Positions 23,293 through 35,570 of a DNA stretch of 64,000 nucleotides are shown here, one piece after another. Made by a program: the position numbers and the translations under genes. The stretch is from Marsupella aquatica (taxonomy: Eukaryota > Plantae > Marchantiophyta): the NCBI GenBank assembly GCA_973895155.1, contig OZ316894.1:5790944-5854943 (forward strand), written 5' to 3'. The notes beneath the pieces were generated by a model, which saw only the letters and a program-made list of their open reading frames with translations, searched no databases and was not told the DNA's origin. Each line of letters begins with the position of its first letter. Within the stretch, counting starts at the first letter, position 1.

Positions 23293-26200
23293 TGAGTGAC
23301 TTGGAGGATACTGGAAGAATTGGCGTCGGTGGAGCTTCAGGATCGCGACGGTCAGACGGAGAGTCTAAGGAGGAGCTGCTACCATTTGAGGAGGAACTTA
23401 TAACACCGGTACGATCACCGGTGCGGCGTGCAGTGGAGGAAGCTGTGTTACTACCAGAGCTGTCGGTAGTAGGGAAGAAGAGGGAGATGGCTAGATTCGG
23501 AGGAGTGAAGTTTGAGGTGGAGAAGTACGATGGTTGTACTGATTACTTGCTCTGGGAGAAGCAAGTGAAAGGTGTTCTACGGGCCATGGGCTTAGCTCAT
23601 CTGCTTTCATCGCGAGAGCAGTATGATGGAGAGGAGGAGGATTTCAGTGAGGCAATGGAGACAGGAGCAGGTGATTGCTGTCAATGCAGTGATGTTATAT
23701 CTCAAGCTGCACATCATCAAGCAGTTGGATGATTATGCGGATTGCGCGTCACTGTTCAAGGCTCTAAGAGAGAAGTACTACCGAGAAGATGCGTCAGACC
23801 GGCTGTACAAGAAGTCTCTCTTGATGAGCCTCAGGCTCAAGGAAGGGAGCAAGATGCAGGATCACCTGGATGAGTTTGATAGTCTAGCGGTTGATCTGTC
23901 AAACCTGGGAAAAGGAGTTGAAGATGAGGATAAGGCCTTGCTTCTGCTAAGCTCCTTACCGCCGTCATATCAGGGCTTGAAACAGGTGCTCTTGTACAAA
24001 GATCTGAAGTCCATTTCGTATAATGAGGTGGTAAGCTCTTTACTGTCTGATGATGCTCAGAAGAAGCTGGGTCAATCACAGACAGCATCTTCTTCTGGCA
24101 CTACGCTCAATGTGAACAGGGGCAGAGCAACGCAGCGCACAAATGGGCAGAACAGGTTTAGATCTACATCACGGGGGAGATCTAAATCCAGAGGAAAATC
24201 GCAAGAGAGGAAACCTCTTGCATGTTGGAATTGTGGCAAGCCAGGCCAGATGAAAAGGGATTGTCGAGTAAAGGTCCCTACTGCCTCTGCTAACGCAACA
24301 TCGAGCTCGCATGAGGTAGATTTACTCGATGATGATGACATATTGTGATGTCAAGGTTATGCTCTCAACGTAGTGTCAAATCCAGGTAGTGATGACTGGA
24401 TTCTAGATAGTGCATGTACATTTCACATTTGCTCTAGAAGAGATTATTTCAGTTCTTACATGGTTTCCAACGGGTCAGTGTTGATGGGAAATGGAATCCC
24501 ATGTCAAGTTGTTGGACTTGGATCTGTACGATTTCAGATGTTTGATGGTGCTGTGAGAACATTGAGGAATGTGAGACATATTCTCAGCATGATGAAAAAT
24601 CTCATTTCACTTGGAGTTTTAGAGGCAAATGGCCATCAGTGGAGTTCTGCTAATGGTGTCCTTCAGGTTTCAACTAGTACTAAAGTTGTATTGAAGGGAA
24701 AGAGACATTGCAATCTATACGTTATGGAGGGCAGTGTAGTCTATGATAAAGCCAATGTAACCTTATCTCATGAGGAGACGGCCCGGCTGTGGCACTTCCG
24801 TTTGGGCCACATGAGTGAAAAAGGTTTGGTTATTCTTCAGAAGAAAGGATTACTTTCTAATTTGCAATCTTGTAAGTGGGAATTTTGTGAGCACTGTGTG
24901 CTAGGGAAGCAGCACAGGAAACCCTTCGGAGTTGGAACTCACACCAGCAAGGAGGTACTTGAGTATGTACATAGTGATGTGTGGGGTCCCGCCCCTACTC
25001 CCTCACATTCTGGACGGTTATACTATGTCACGTTCATTGACGATTACTCAAGGTATGTGTGGATATACTTTCTACACAATAAATCTGATGTTTTTGCCAC
25101 TTTTAAGGAGTGGAAAGCCCAAGTTGAAAATCAGACTGGTAATAAGGTGAGATATCTTCGATCGGATAACGGCGGTGAATACAGTTCCGGTGAATTTGGA
25201 ATATATTGTAAGGAGCAGGGGATTACCCGCCATCTCACAACAAGCTATACTCTTCAATAGAATGGTGTTTCTGAGAGACTCAACCGAACACTATTGGACC
25301 GCTCGAGGAGTATGTTGAGTCAATCATGCTTACCACATGAGTTTTGGGCTGAAGCTGTCAACACTGCAGCTTATTTGGTAAATTTTTCTCCATCCAGTTC
25401 TATTGGATTCAAGACGCCATTTGAAATGAGGTACGGGCGTCCAGCAGATTACTCACATCTGAGGATTTTTGGATGTGATGCGGCCTCATTTACAATTGGG
25501 TGTACCTCGTAGGAACCACTTTCAGGACTTAAAAACATGCTTTTTTAGTGAAAAATGACTTTCGTAACATGGAAAAATGTTCATCATGATTTTATCTCAA
25601 GACATTTAAGTTTAATTTTTTCACAAGACTATTTTACATGGTGTAATCTACCTCACCATCTAGATACATCAAATTTTCAACTGTTTTAAGGGATCCTCTT
25701 ATTGATGGCCCTAAATAAGCCAAAATTACTGATTATTTTTGTCCTGTACATAAAGGTTTAGTGTGTGTCACTATTTAAGTTTTGAAATATAAGATCATGC
25801 TATTAGTATGCATGCTTTGGTAAAATTTCTTTGTCTAAAATGCATTTTTTAGAGTCCTTTTGAGTCCTAAAATGATGTGACCCGTTGCGTGACAAGTCCT
25901 TTTATCAATCTTTGAAGGACATATAAAGAAAGCTTCAAAGTCTCAAATGCTAGATAGTTTAATGAATGTTACCAACTTATAGGATGTTTATTAAGTATAG
26001 TACATAAAATTTTCTATATCATCTCATTACACCCTAAAAATGATATCCTAAAGCATAATAAACTATGGTCAGTTTTGAGTGTGACGTTCCTTTTGGGTCC
26101 TCCAATTGTGAATGAGGCCATGCTTATGTGCTTACACTTTCCCAGCTTCGATCCAAGTTGGAGTCCAAGTCGAAGAAGTGCATTTTCCTTGGTTATCAGA

Positions 26201-28209
26201 AAGGTGTGAAGGGTTATAGGTTATGGGATCCAGTAACTTGTAAGCTAATTGTCAGTAGAGATGTGTCCTTTAATGAGTCCAGATCATCAAAGGAGGGGGA
26301 GAGTTCTCAGGACTCCCATACTGACAAGGGGAAATCTCCCATCCCGGACCGAGTTGAAGGGGAGATTAATCATGATGATGTTCATGACGGGAGAGATGGA
26401 GAAGCTCCGGGCTTGGAGCTGGTTCCTTTGATGGAACAAGAGGAGCAGATTGTTGCTGGGGTACCTCAAATTCAACCAGCAGCAGCAACAGATCAGCCTG
26501 AGTCATCTACTAGAAGAACTTCCAGTCGTTCTACTAGAGCTCCTACCAGGTATGGTCAATGGGCAGACTCATCTAAGCTAGATGATATTGACATTGCACC
26601 TGATGAAGATGATATGGCTTTGATCTTGGAAGAAGGAGAGCCTTCTTCGTATAGTGAGGCTTGTGCTTCAGAGCAGAAGCATGAGTGGAATGCAGCAATG
26701 CCGAGAGAGTTGCAATCTTTGAGTGACAACAAGACATGGGAGCTGGTGGAGCTTCCAAGAGGTCAACAAGTGGTGGACAGCAAGTGGATTTACAAGTTGA
26801 AGGACAGTCCTTCAGAGGGTGGAGATAAGATCTACAAGGCAAGGCTTGTTGCCAAGGGGTTCACTCAGGAGAAAGGAGTGGATTACAATGAGGTCTTTTC
26901 ACCGGTGGCTAAGTATTCCACAATTCGGATCTTGTGTCAACTTGTTGTGTTTTTTAATCTGGTGATGGATCAGATGGATGTTGTTACTGCTTTTCTCTAT
27001 GGCAACTTGGAAGAGATGATCTTCATGAGACAGCCACTAGGCTTTATGAAGAAGGGCCAAGAGAACTTAGTTTGCAGATTGCTCAAATCCTTGTATGGAT
27101 TGAAGCAGTCTCCCAGACAGTGGAACAAGCGGTTTGATGATTTCATGCTTGTTCAAGGTTTTACAAGGATGGTGTATGATCCTTGTGTGTATACGAAATC
27201 AGTCAAGAATGATGTATTTGGTTTCATCATTCTGGTGATCTATGTGGATGACATGCTAATTGTGGCTAAAGATCAATCTAAGGTTGACAGTCTCAAGGCA
27301 AAATTGAGCGCTGAATTCAGGATGAAGGATCTTGGTAAGGCCAAGAGGATCTTAGGGATGGAGATTTTTAGGAACTCTGAGACTGGACAGTTGTGCTTGA
27401 GTCAAGGCCAGTATGCGAGGAAAGTACTTGCACAATTCAACATGGAGAACTGTAAGCCAGTGAGTATTCCTTTAGCTTCACATTTCAAGTTATCATCGGC
27501 TTTCTCTCCTACGGATGCTGTGGAGAAAGGTCTGATGGCTAAGATTCCTTATGAGAAGGCAGTAGGCAGTCTGATGTATTTGATGACTTGTACTAGGCCT
27601 GACTTGGCCCTAGCGATGGGCAAGGTTAGCAGATTCATGTCAAATCCAGGGAAGGTACATTGGGAAGCTGTGAAATGGATTCTCAGGTATGTGAAGGGAA
27701 CACAGGACTATGGATTACTATTTGATAACAGATCAACTAGAACGTTAGTTGGCTATGTAGATTCTGACTATGGAGGCTGTCTGGATACAAGGAGATCTAC
27801 AACTGGGTTTGTATACACTCTTGGAGGAGGATGTATCAGTTGAAAATCTACCTTGCAGAAGTGCATATCTCAGTCTACTTCAGAAGCAGAGTATGTTGCA
27901 GCAGCAGAAGCTGCAAAGGAAGCAATTTGGTTGGATAAGTTGATCGCGGAGATGGGTTTAGAGCATGGAAAAATGACTCTAAACTGTGGTAGTCAGAGTG
28001 CTCTTCACTTGGCTGCTAATCAGGTGATGGATAGCAGGGTGAAGCACATTGATATCAGGTACCATTTTATCAGGCAAGCAGTGTCTGATAAAACTTTTGA
28101 GCTAGTCAAGATTGATGGAAAGCTCAATCCCGCTGATGCCTTTACCAAAGTGATTCTTTTGGAGAGTTTCTCAAAATACCGTGCTACTTTGCAGGTTTTG
28201 CAGTTGTAG
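23293..28209 (+). pseudogene. Copia gag-pol polyprotein, disrupted by a frameshift (~23630), stops (24348, 25260, 27843) and a MITE
   Basis: Gag KFEVEKYDG and zinc knuckle CWNCGKPGQMKRDC; protease WILDSACTFH; integrase LWHFRLGH..CEHC..VHSDVWGP..LRSDNGGEY; RT YKARLVAKGF, LYGLKQSPRQW, YVDDML; RNase H YVDSDY, SEAEY, KHIDIRYHFIR. Confidence 0.95.
25482..26119 (-). mobile_element. MITE copy 2 (638 bp), inserted in the copia integrase C-terminal region in opposite orientation to copy 1
   Basis: TIR GGCCTCATT(T/C)ACAATTGG; ATGC duplicated; removal restores the copia frame IFGCDAYVL. Confidence 0.95.
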
Positions 28210-28405
28210 TGCAAGTAGAGTTATTTAGCAATGTGTGACTATTTGTATATGGATTACTCATTCCTGTTAGGCTACGGCTTAGTTCTAGTTAACCCTTAGT
28301 TAACCCTTGTGGTTTTTAGGGGGAGACCTGGTTTGGTGATTGTCTAGAACTTCCTGTTGAGGATTCCATATGGTAGCATTTAGTCCAGTCCCCAAGACAA
28401 GAGTC

Positions 28406-28414
28406 AAGGGGGAG
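28406..28414 (+). promoter_or_regulatory. Polypurine tract
   Basis: AAGGGGGAG, 2 nt before the 3' LTR. Confidence 0.85.
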
Positions 28415-28416
28415 TT

Positions 28417-28760
28417 TGTTAGATATTGCTCTAGTCTTGTGACTCTTGTGCTAACCACAGTTAGGCTAACTCGGGTTAGGACCTAGCTAAGGTTAGCAGT
28501 AGTGCTGTTGTGCATATAACCAGGGCTGATGCCAGACCCTGGTGGAACTTAGGCTCATTGTTACGGAGCTAGTTGAGAGATAGGGAGAGCTTGTGTTGTG
28601 GATGCTTGGTATGGCCGGTCGGCCTAGAGTGTAGTAAAGCTCTTGTGTGTTCCCGTGGACGTAGCCTCATGTGGAGGTGAACCACGTATCTCTCTGTGTC
28701 GACTATTGTGCGTTGGATGGTTCATGGGCTTGCCGTTGCGAATGTCGTCTATGCTCAACA
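28417..28760 (+). repeat. 3' LTR (344 bp)
   Basis: Direct repeat of 21439-21782, followed by TTTTA. Confidence 0.97.
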
Positions 28761-29146
28761 TTTTAGACAATGAAATTTTACCAAGGCATGCATACTAATA
28801 GAATAATCTTATATTTTAAAACTCAAATATTGACACACACTAAACCTTTATGTACAGGACAAAAATAATCAATAATTTTGGCTTATTAAGGGCCATCAAT
28901 AATAGGATCCCTTAAAAAAGTTAAAAACTTGATTTATCTACATGATGAGGTAGGTTACACCATGTAAAATAGTCTTGTGAAAAAATTAGACTTAAATGTC
29001 TTGAGATAAAATCATGATGAAGCTTTTTCCATGTTACGAAAGTCATTTTTCACTAAAAAAGCATGTTTTTGAGTCCTGAAAGTGGTTCCTGTGAGGTACA
29101 CCCAATTGTGAATGAGGCCACTAAGTTAACCCCTCGAGTATGACTC

Positions 29147-29268
29147 CTGTGGGTGCAATTTGGATTAATGCGGATGACAAGTTTGGGTCTCTTTGTTGAG
29201 CTATACCATGTGAAATAGCTCCAATCAAGAAAGATTTTCCCGTTCCATCGACCCCATCAACAACTATG
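29147..29268 (-). pseudogene. N-terminal part of the same PIF1 helicase (Walker A and motif Ia)
   Basis: Reverse complement reads IVVDGVDGTGKSFL and LIQIAPTG, joining VVAHAIKGQTFHS at 20884. Confidence 0.85.
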
Positions 29269-30044
29269 TCGTCACTACCACCGGATAAAGCAAACTTGCA
29301 CTAGTTCAAAAGAATGCGATAAAAAACTGTCTATGAACGACCCTAATGATCAAGCGCGTCTCTCCAAGGCCACCTGAGCAAATGATATATGGGTCGCAAA
29401 CAATGCCTATGGCACCGCTTGCCCCAGAAAATATCTTTGAGGTCGCTGTGGCAAAAAAAAAGGCAAAAGAATAGGCAATGAGAGGGAGGAGGAGAGAGAG
29501 GAGAGGTGAGAGGAGGAAGAAAAAAGAGAATGAGGAGACTGAGGGATTTTTTTCCTTTTATGCTAATCTTGCCCTTAACTCTAATTATTTAATGTCATAC
29601 CTAATCAATGTTAATATTGTACTTACATCAATTAAAAGCCCACCTAACCCACTTAGCTTATGCTAATTTTATAACTACTCTAATTATAAAGACACCTAAG
29701 TAACTCATATTTAGTTCATGCTTTCAATCAGCGTATGTTAGTCTCGCAAGTGTAAGGAAAAAAGAGATGTAATTTGAAAGAAATATTTGTAAAAAATAAA
29801 TTATCCACTTCCTTTTTATATTCATCCCCTTCATTTACCTTAAGTGTTTCCAAAGATTAAAAGAAAATATAAATTCTCACTTACTATGATTCTTTCGAAA
29901 GAAGAAATAAATTAACGACGAGAGCCAATCTCGAGGGTAATTAATGCTAATCCGCATTGATTACCCTGTACGTGCTGCCAGCTGCCCGCTTGTGCTGGAT
30001 CTAATTTTAGGTTAAATACCTGGTGCAAAGGCATGTTGACATGA

Positions 30045-30125
30045 ATTGGGGAAAGGCTCACTGGTAGCTCAAACTCAGTTGGGGAGTGGGAGGTGCCGGG
30101 TTCAAATCCTGCTATCAACAAGAAT
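30045..30125 (+). mobile_element. Possible tRNA-derived SINE head
   Basis: tggtagctca followed by the B box ggttcaaatcc; no cloverleaf and no TSD found. Confidence 0.35.
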
Positions 30126-33020
30126 TCTTTTTAACATTCACCCCACCCAAAAAGTGGGGATCATTCATGCTAAGTAAAATTCAAAAAAATTGTGAGGGGG
30201 CGGGCAGTAGGTGCGGGCAGGCGTACCCGAGGCTCTTAATGAGCCTCGAAATCGCCTTTTGTCGTGAATAGAAATAACCCTTGTTCAAGGATGCTGTACA
30301 CAAGTACATACCCCTTTTCCCAAGGAAGAAACAAAACGGATTCAATAGCAATAAACACTCTCTAGAAAGAAACAAAGCATTAAATGCTCTCTCTCATCTC
30401 CTTTTGTCACATGTACAATACTCTGAGGAAAATATTTTACTCTCCTCAATGTAAGTCAAAAATGGACAATAAGTGAGATCTAGTTACAAAAGATAAACTA
30501 TAGCATACCAATGTATTGGAACCAAAGTATTTTGGGGCCATTTTTGGGCCCCCCATCACATCTACTGAAGTTTAGTTCAGCCAACGGGTAACTTGTACTA
30601 CATATAGTCTAGTTCATGCAGGATAGCACAACTTTCTCGTTAGGATCAACATTGTGAGTCTTTGTCTCACACTTACACAATTTTTGAAACCTGCAACAAC
30701 TGTAGGGCAAACAGTCAAAAGTAAACAGCCAAAAGTAAAAGATCCTTGCATGCATGGGTCCTTCCATACTTAGACAAATTTGGGGTCTAGATGTGTGAAG
30801 ACAACATCCATGTTGTCTTTGTTCCACACTTCCAGGACAATTCTTGAACATTGTAGTAGGGGGCTAACGGTCAAAGTAGAGGAATCATTCCATGTTTAGA
30901 CAAAGGAACAAAGAGAAATGTCAAAACATCATCAAACCCAGTGCATAGGCTGCGTGAAGCAACCTAAGGACAAACTGTATGGTAGAAATTCAAACTTGAA
31001 GACATGAATCATATTGTCTTCACTTAGAAACTTGCACTTTGCTCCATGGCTACCACTACTCCGCAGTTCCCCCCACAATATGGTTTGTCATTCAACTTGG
31101 TTTTGACTCTAAACTTTACAATAGCTCTTATTGGTGATAATATCAAGCTAAAGGTCCCTCTAGGAACTTTTGACACAAAAGTGTGGCAGAGGGGGCCTCG
31201 TTTGTAACAAAAGTTTCATAAGACGGGGCCTATCACACAAATTTGTTTTGGCAAGGGTCCTATCAAGCATGCATATAGTTACCTCATTGGTTAATGAGAT
31301 GACATCCCAACATCCATTGCGGACAATTCTTATGACATTTGATTGGGTCTACTTGGTGCTGCCTCATCCTTAGACTGCGGGGTCAAAATTTATACCAACT
31401 TCCTAAGAGGGGTTGGAGGATATCACCCTCCACCTAACGTCCATCACCTATATCTTGTGCCTCGTCTCGAGCTCTCCCTGATCACTTTTGCAATAACATC
31501 TTTTAATTTGACATGGAATCTTTTAAGCAATGACATCTTTTTTGCATTCCAACATCTTATGTGCAATGCACATGGTATTGAACATGACACAATAACTATA
31601 TGATCAAGATCACACATAATATGTCTCAATAACTACATTGCAAAGCCTATGTTTTCTTGCCTCGCCCTTGACATCTTTTCTTGCATTGACATCTTTTCTC
31701 CCCTCTACATCTTTTCTCAGCATGACTTCTTCCTCACCTTGACATCTTTTTTCACTTCAAGAATTTTTACTCACCTTGACATCTTTTGAGCAATGCACAA
31801 GCACGAGGCTAGTGCATAATATAATTTCTTCGGATCCTAGTTTCACTAACCACTAGGAAGACTGTGGTTGCTAGGACTGACATTTTCCTCGGCCCCCCAC
31901 TCCCACTAAAATATCTTTACGCCCCCTTTGTACTCCTTGTTATTATTTTTTGATCAATAAAAAATTCCCGAGTTGCTTCAAAAATGATGCTTTGGAAAAT
32001 ACTGTAGATCCTTCACACTATTATAAAATGTCAAAATTTGAAGGATTATAATTATGCCTCAATAGTTATAGGTTTCTTCAATCAAGTCAAAGAAAAAATT
32101 CACATGTCACTTCAAGCAAATTGCTTGGAGCCCAATTTGCTGCATTTTAGAAAGACGACTATCTATCAATATATGCCTATTTTACAAGATGACAAAAAGA
32201 AGAATATTTTATATATGCCTATTTGGCAAGACTATACCAACTGTATGTCTGCCCCGGCCACTAATATGATGACGAGCGTCACTACCTATTAGTGCTCCCC
32301 TTCTGGAAATCTAGTCCCGACCAACTATTCAATACACCACATTATTTACATATCATGCTAATATGCAAATGCGGGTTGCATAGTTGTAACGGATTTCTAA
32401 AAATTATCTCAAAACTAAATAAAAATGACCCTTGAATTGTTATCACGTTCAACCGTTTTACCTAAGAGTAGGGGCCCAAGGAAAAGTTTCAGTAACTATT
32501 TATATTTTGGACAAACCTGGTTGTCCCCACGGTAGTACTCCAACAATAAGTGTCAACATGAGAAAACTCAATCATTGTACTCCTCCATTGGGACCATATG
32601 AGCGTGATGCTCATGCACGCAGTTGCAGTGAACAGGTTGCTCCCAAGGCATTACACCCCCTAGTTAAGTCCTGCTAGGGTGATGGCCTTAGCCCTCTATT
32701 GGGAAGGCCAGAACCCTACCAGAAAAGCTACCTAATCCCAGTCACATGAATTTACTTTCAGGTGATTCTCCTTGCTATACTTTAGCATACAGGAAATGTC
32801 CACACCCCATTCCAATTTCTGAACTGTCCTCGTCATTGCAGGTGCCACCCATCTCTCCCACAAGGCAGTCATACCTGATCCACCCTCTTGTGGTAAGCCT
32901 GGTCTAACTTCCTACCATCAACCCATGATTTGGAACAACCGGTAGTTACAAGTAGCCGTCTTAAGCTGGCTATTCCATGGAGGTAGCTGTTCCATGAAGG
33001 TCTTATGTGACCAGAGTGCT

Positions 33021-33300
33021 GAGGCCAGTCTGCTATAACAGGGACTCTAAAACCTTAGAGTTGAGGGAAAAAAACTATGCCTGGAACTATCAGTTTTGGT
33101 CACCTTTCAGCAGTGTGCGGACACCGGTTTTTGTGTCCGCCACTTTTTTGCCAGGAATCTGAGGCCAGTCTGCTATAACAGGGCGTCTAAAACCTTAGAG
33201 TTGCGGGAGAAAAACTATGCCTGGAACTATCAGTTTTGGTCACTGTTCAGCAGTGTGCGGACACGGGTTTTTGTGTCCGCCACTTTTTTGCCGGGAATCT
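33021..33300. repeat. Tandem duplication, 140-bp unit x2
   Basis: Units start at 33021 and 33161 with a few mismatches; each contains a gcggacac/gtgtccgc stem. Confidence 0.92.
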
Positions 33301-34622
33301 GTCACTGACGATGACAGGAGGCAGCAATGCAACTTTTGAGACGCCTTAATAGGGCAGGAACTTCCTTCAGCAGCCCAGACCAAAACTCAACTTTTGGGCA
33401 CACTTTACCCAAGGGGTGTTTATTTTGAGCCAGGTTAACTCAAGATCATTGAATTTTTGATTTTGCTTGTTTTTCTAAAGGGAACTTGTGTTTGCACTGA
33501 CCAATTTTTGGTGCAGATGGTGATGCAATGGCCTTCCAAGTTGGTGGCAGTACCATTTTGGGGATCTCAAATTTTCAATCTGAATTGACAGAGAGAATTT
33601 GTTAAATACAGTGCAGACCAACTTCTACCTTTGCAAGGTGGCTATGAATTTTCCGCCGTTTGTTAATTTGGTAGGAACAAACACAGAACTCTTGCAGCCT
33701 TGTCATGTGAAGGGTCTTGCAGTTCTAAATCTGTCAGGAGGTCTGGGTCCATGTGGAATGGAACCAGTGCCAATGATTCTTGTGCACTAGCTCTTCACAA
33801 TCGTCCTGAGGGGAAAGTTTTGGCCCCATTGTTTATCTCAAGTTCTCAAACCTCGACTAATTAAAAGCCTGTAAGTTTTCTTTGCTACCTGCAGATCCAA
33901 TTTCATATCTGTCAAATTTCCCATACCCCCCGGCAAATAGTTCCGGACCAGGGTCCAATTGCGGCCAGAAACTAAAACAATTAGCCTGAGTACCGCTGCG
34001 TATTCAATCGTTTGAACCTGTAGAGCGGCGAGTACATTCAAAGTCCACTGCGCCATTTTCAAACACTCACCGTAGTACCCCAATCCCCATTTACACACTC
34101 ACCACCTACTTCAGGTATGCCACAAGTGCCATGGTCTATAGGCTTCGCAGTACGCGTTGAACAGTAGTTTTTGAACATGATTATATATTTAGATCTATAG
34201 GTCGTTTGTGTTTTGTTCTCTCTCTAAAGTAGAAATATTATGCTTTTGGAAAGTTCGTTGAGGAGAATTTTCTGGGCGCTAATGCCTGCCAGGAGTGGTA
34301 TCCGCGTCGGAAACGCCGGGGACAGTTGACCAAAGTACCTTTGGCTGATATTTTTTTAGTCTTTTATGAATCTGACTCACTGATTGCTTGACTTTCAGGA
34401 TCGGATTGGCACTTTTGAATACTTTTCCTGTTTGGGTTTGAGGTAGTGCTTTACTTTGAAGCTGCAAAGGTTTTTTTTAGTAGCCCTGGCCCCCGGGACT
34501 CACGTGATTGTGTTGATTGTACTTTTAGCGCCGTCTTGTTGCTGGGATTAGATCATCAGAGAGCGCAAGACTCTGTAAGAACCTCTCAACACCCTCAAAG
34601 CCTCCGGACCGCGATGTTTGGA

Positions 34623-34669
34623 GGAGATAATGGGAGGAGATAATGGGAGGAGATAATGGGAGGAGATAA
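34623..34669. repeat. 13-bp tandem repeat (ggagataatggga) x~3.5
   Basis: Read directly. Confidence 0.9.
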
Positions 34670-35570
34670 GAGCCGGACGATATGTACTAGTTTGTACAGG
34701 GTTGAAATCTTGCTTTGACGCTGTGCTTCAGCTGTTGAACACTTGAACCACCAGAACCTCGATGGAAATCATACTAGACGTCCTGCAGTTTGCAACTCTT
34801 GATTACAGTTTTCTCTTGCCATTTCATCTGGATCAAGTAAACTCTTACGTTATGCACGATATCTACTGAGCACTGTGGCTCCTGCCGAAGCTACTGTAAG
34901 TCGTACGTACCTTAATTTCACACTCAAGAAGAAGTGAATCAGTCTGTGTGAGTCGCATGCTTTTGCCATGCATCCGTGCCTGCTCAGTTAACAACGAGGA
35001 CCCTCGCTTTTCAAGAATACACATTTTCGACATACATATTGTCATATTGGTTGCAACGAGTCATTTCCATTTTCTTACATAATTAGTTGTACTTTGTTTC
35101 GTTTACTAGCTGCTATAGAACTTTGATCGGGCGCACATGTTTGTGGACGGTGCCAGGCCGAGATTAGCTCCAGATAAGGATTGACCAGAATGTTGAATTG
35201 TCTGCAATTGAGGATGTGCAGGCTGATTGTTGACCGTCCCAAGTTCAGAATTCTTGATCGGGATAGGAGCAAGAGAGCTAATTCAGCTGTATGTTTATGA
35301 AAGAATAGGGTCTTGGGGAAGGCAATGCATGATATATACCAGAGTGAAATCGAACGCTGCTGCAGCCCGAAAGATTGATTTCGTTGTCTGTCTCCCCTCG
35401 CCGTCCGAATTTTTCGTGATGGGTAGCTCGTATCCTGGAATTCGGCCTGTTCAAGACGACAATGTCAAAATTCTAAAAGGCCAGGATTGCTCTGATTGAT
35501 TCGTTCCTGATTGCACTACCTAGCATGAAACGGCCCGGAGCTGAAGCACACGGCATCGCATTCATCGGAA

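Larger units (their letters stand above)
21439..28760 (+). mobile_element. Full-length, inactivated Ty1/copia LTR retrotransposon (Tnt1/Tork-like)
   Basis: TG..CA LTRs, TTTTA TSD, tRNA-iMet PBS, PPT and gag-PR-IN-RT-RH domain order. Confidence 0.97.
21156..29119 (+). mobile_element. MITE copy 1 (~637 bp; 21156-21438 + 28766-29119), split by the copia insertion
   Basis: 18-bp TIR GGCCTCATTCACAATTGG at both ends; ACTA duplicated on both flanks; joined sequence is the reverse complement of 25482-26119. Confidence 0.92.
20885..29138. mobile_element. Small non-autonomous TIR element (~286 bp once nested inserts are removed), 8-bp TSD
   Basis: Termini CTCGGGGGGTTGACTA and, reverse-complemented, CTCGAGGGGTTAACTT, with degenerate IR similarity over ~45 bp. 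TSD TACGACTC (20877-20884) / TATGACTC (29139-29146). Removing it restores PIF1 APTGVVAHAIKGQTFHS. Confidence 0.8.

Noticed and set aside
29273-29285. Second CACTA terminus (cactaccacc)
   Set aside because: No subterminal repeats or partner TIR found.
30609-31760. Degraded transposase
   Set aside because: Cys/His-rich appearance only; no diagnostic motif.
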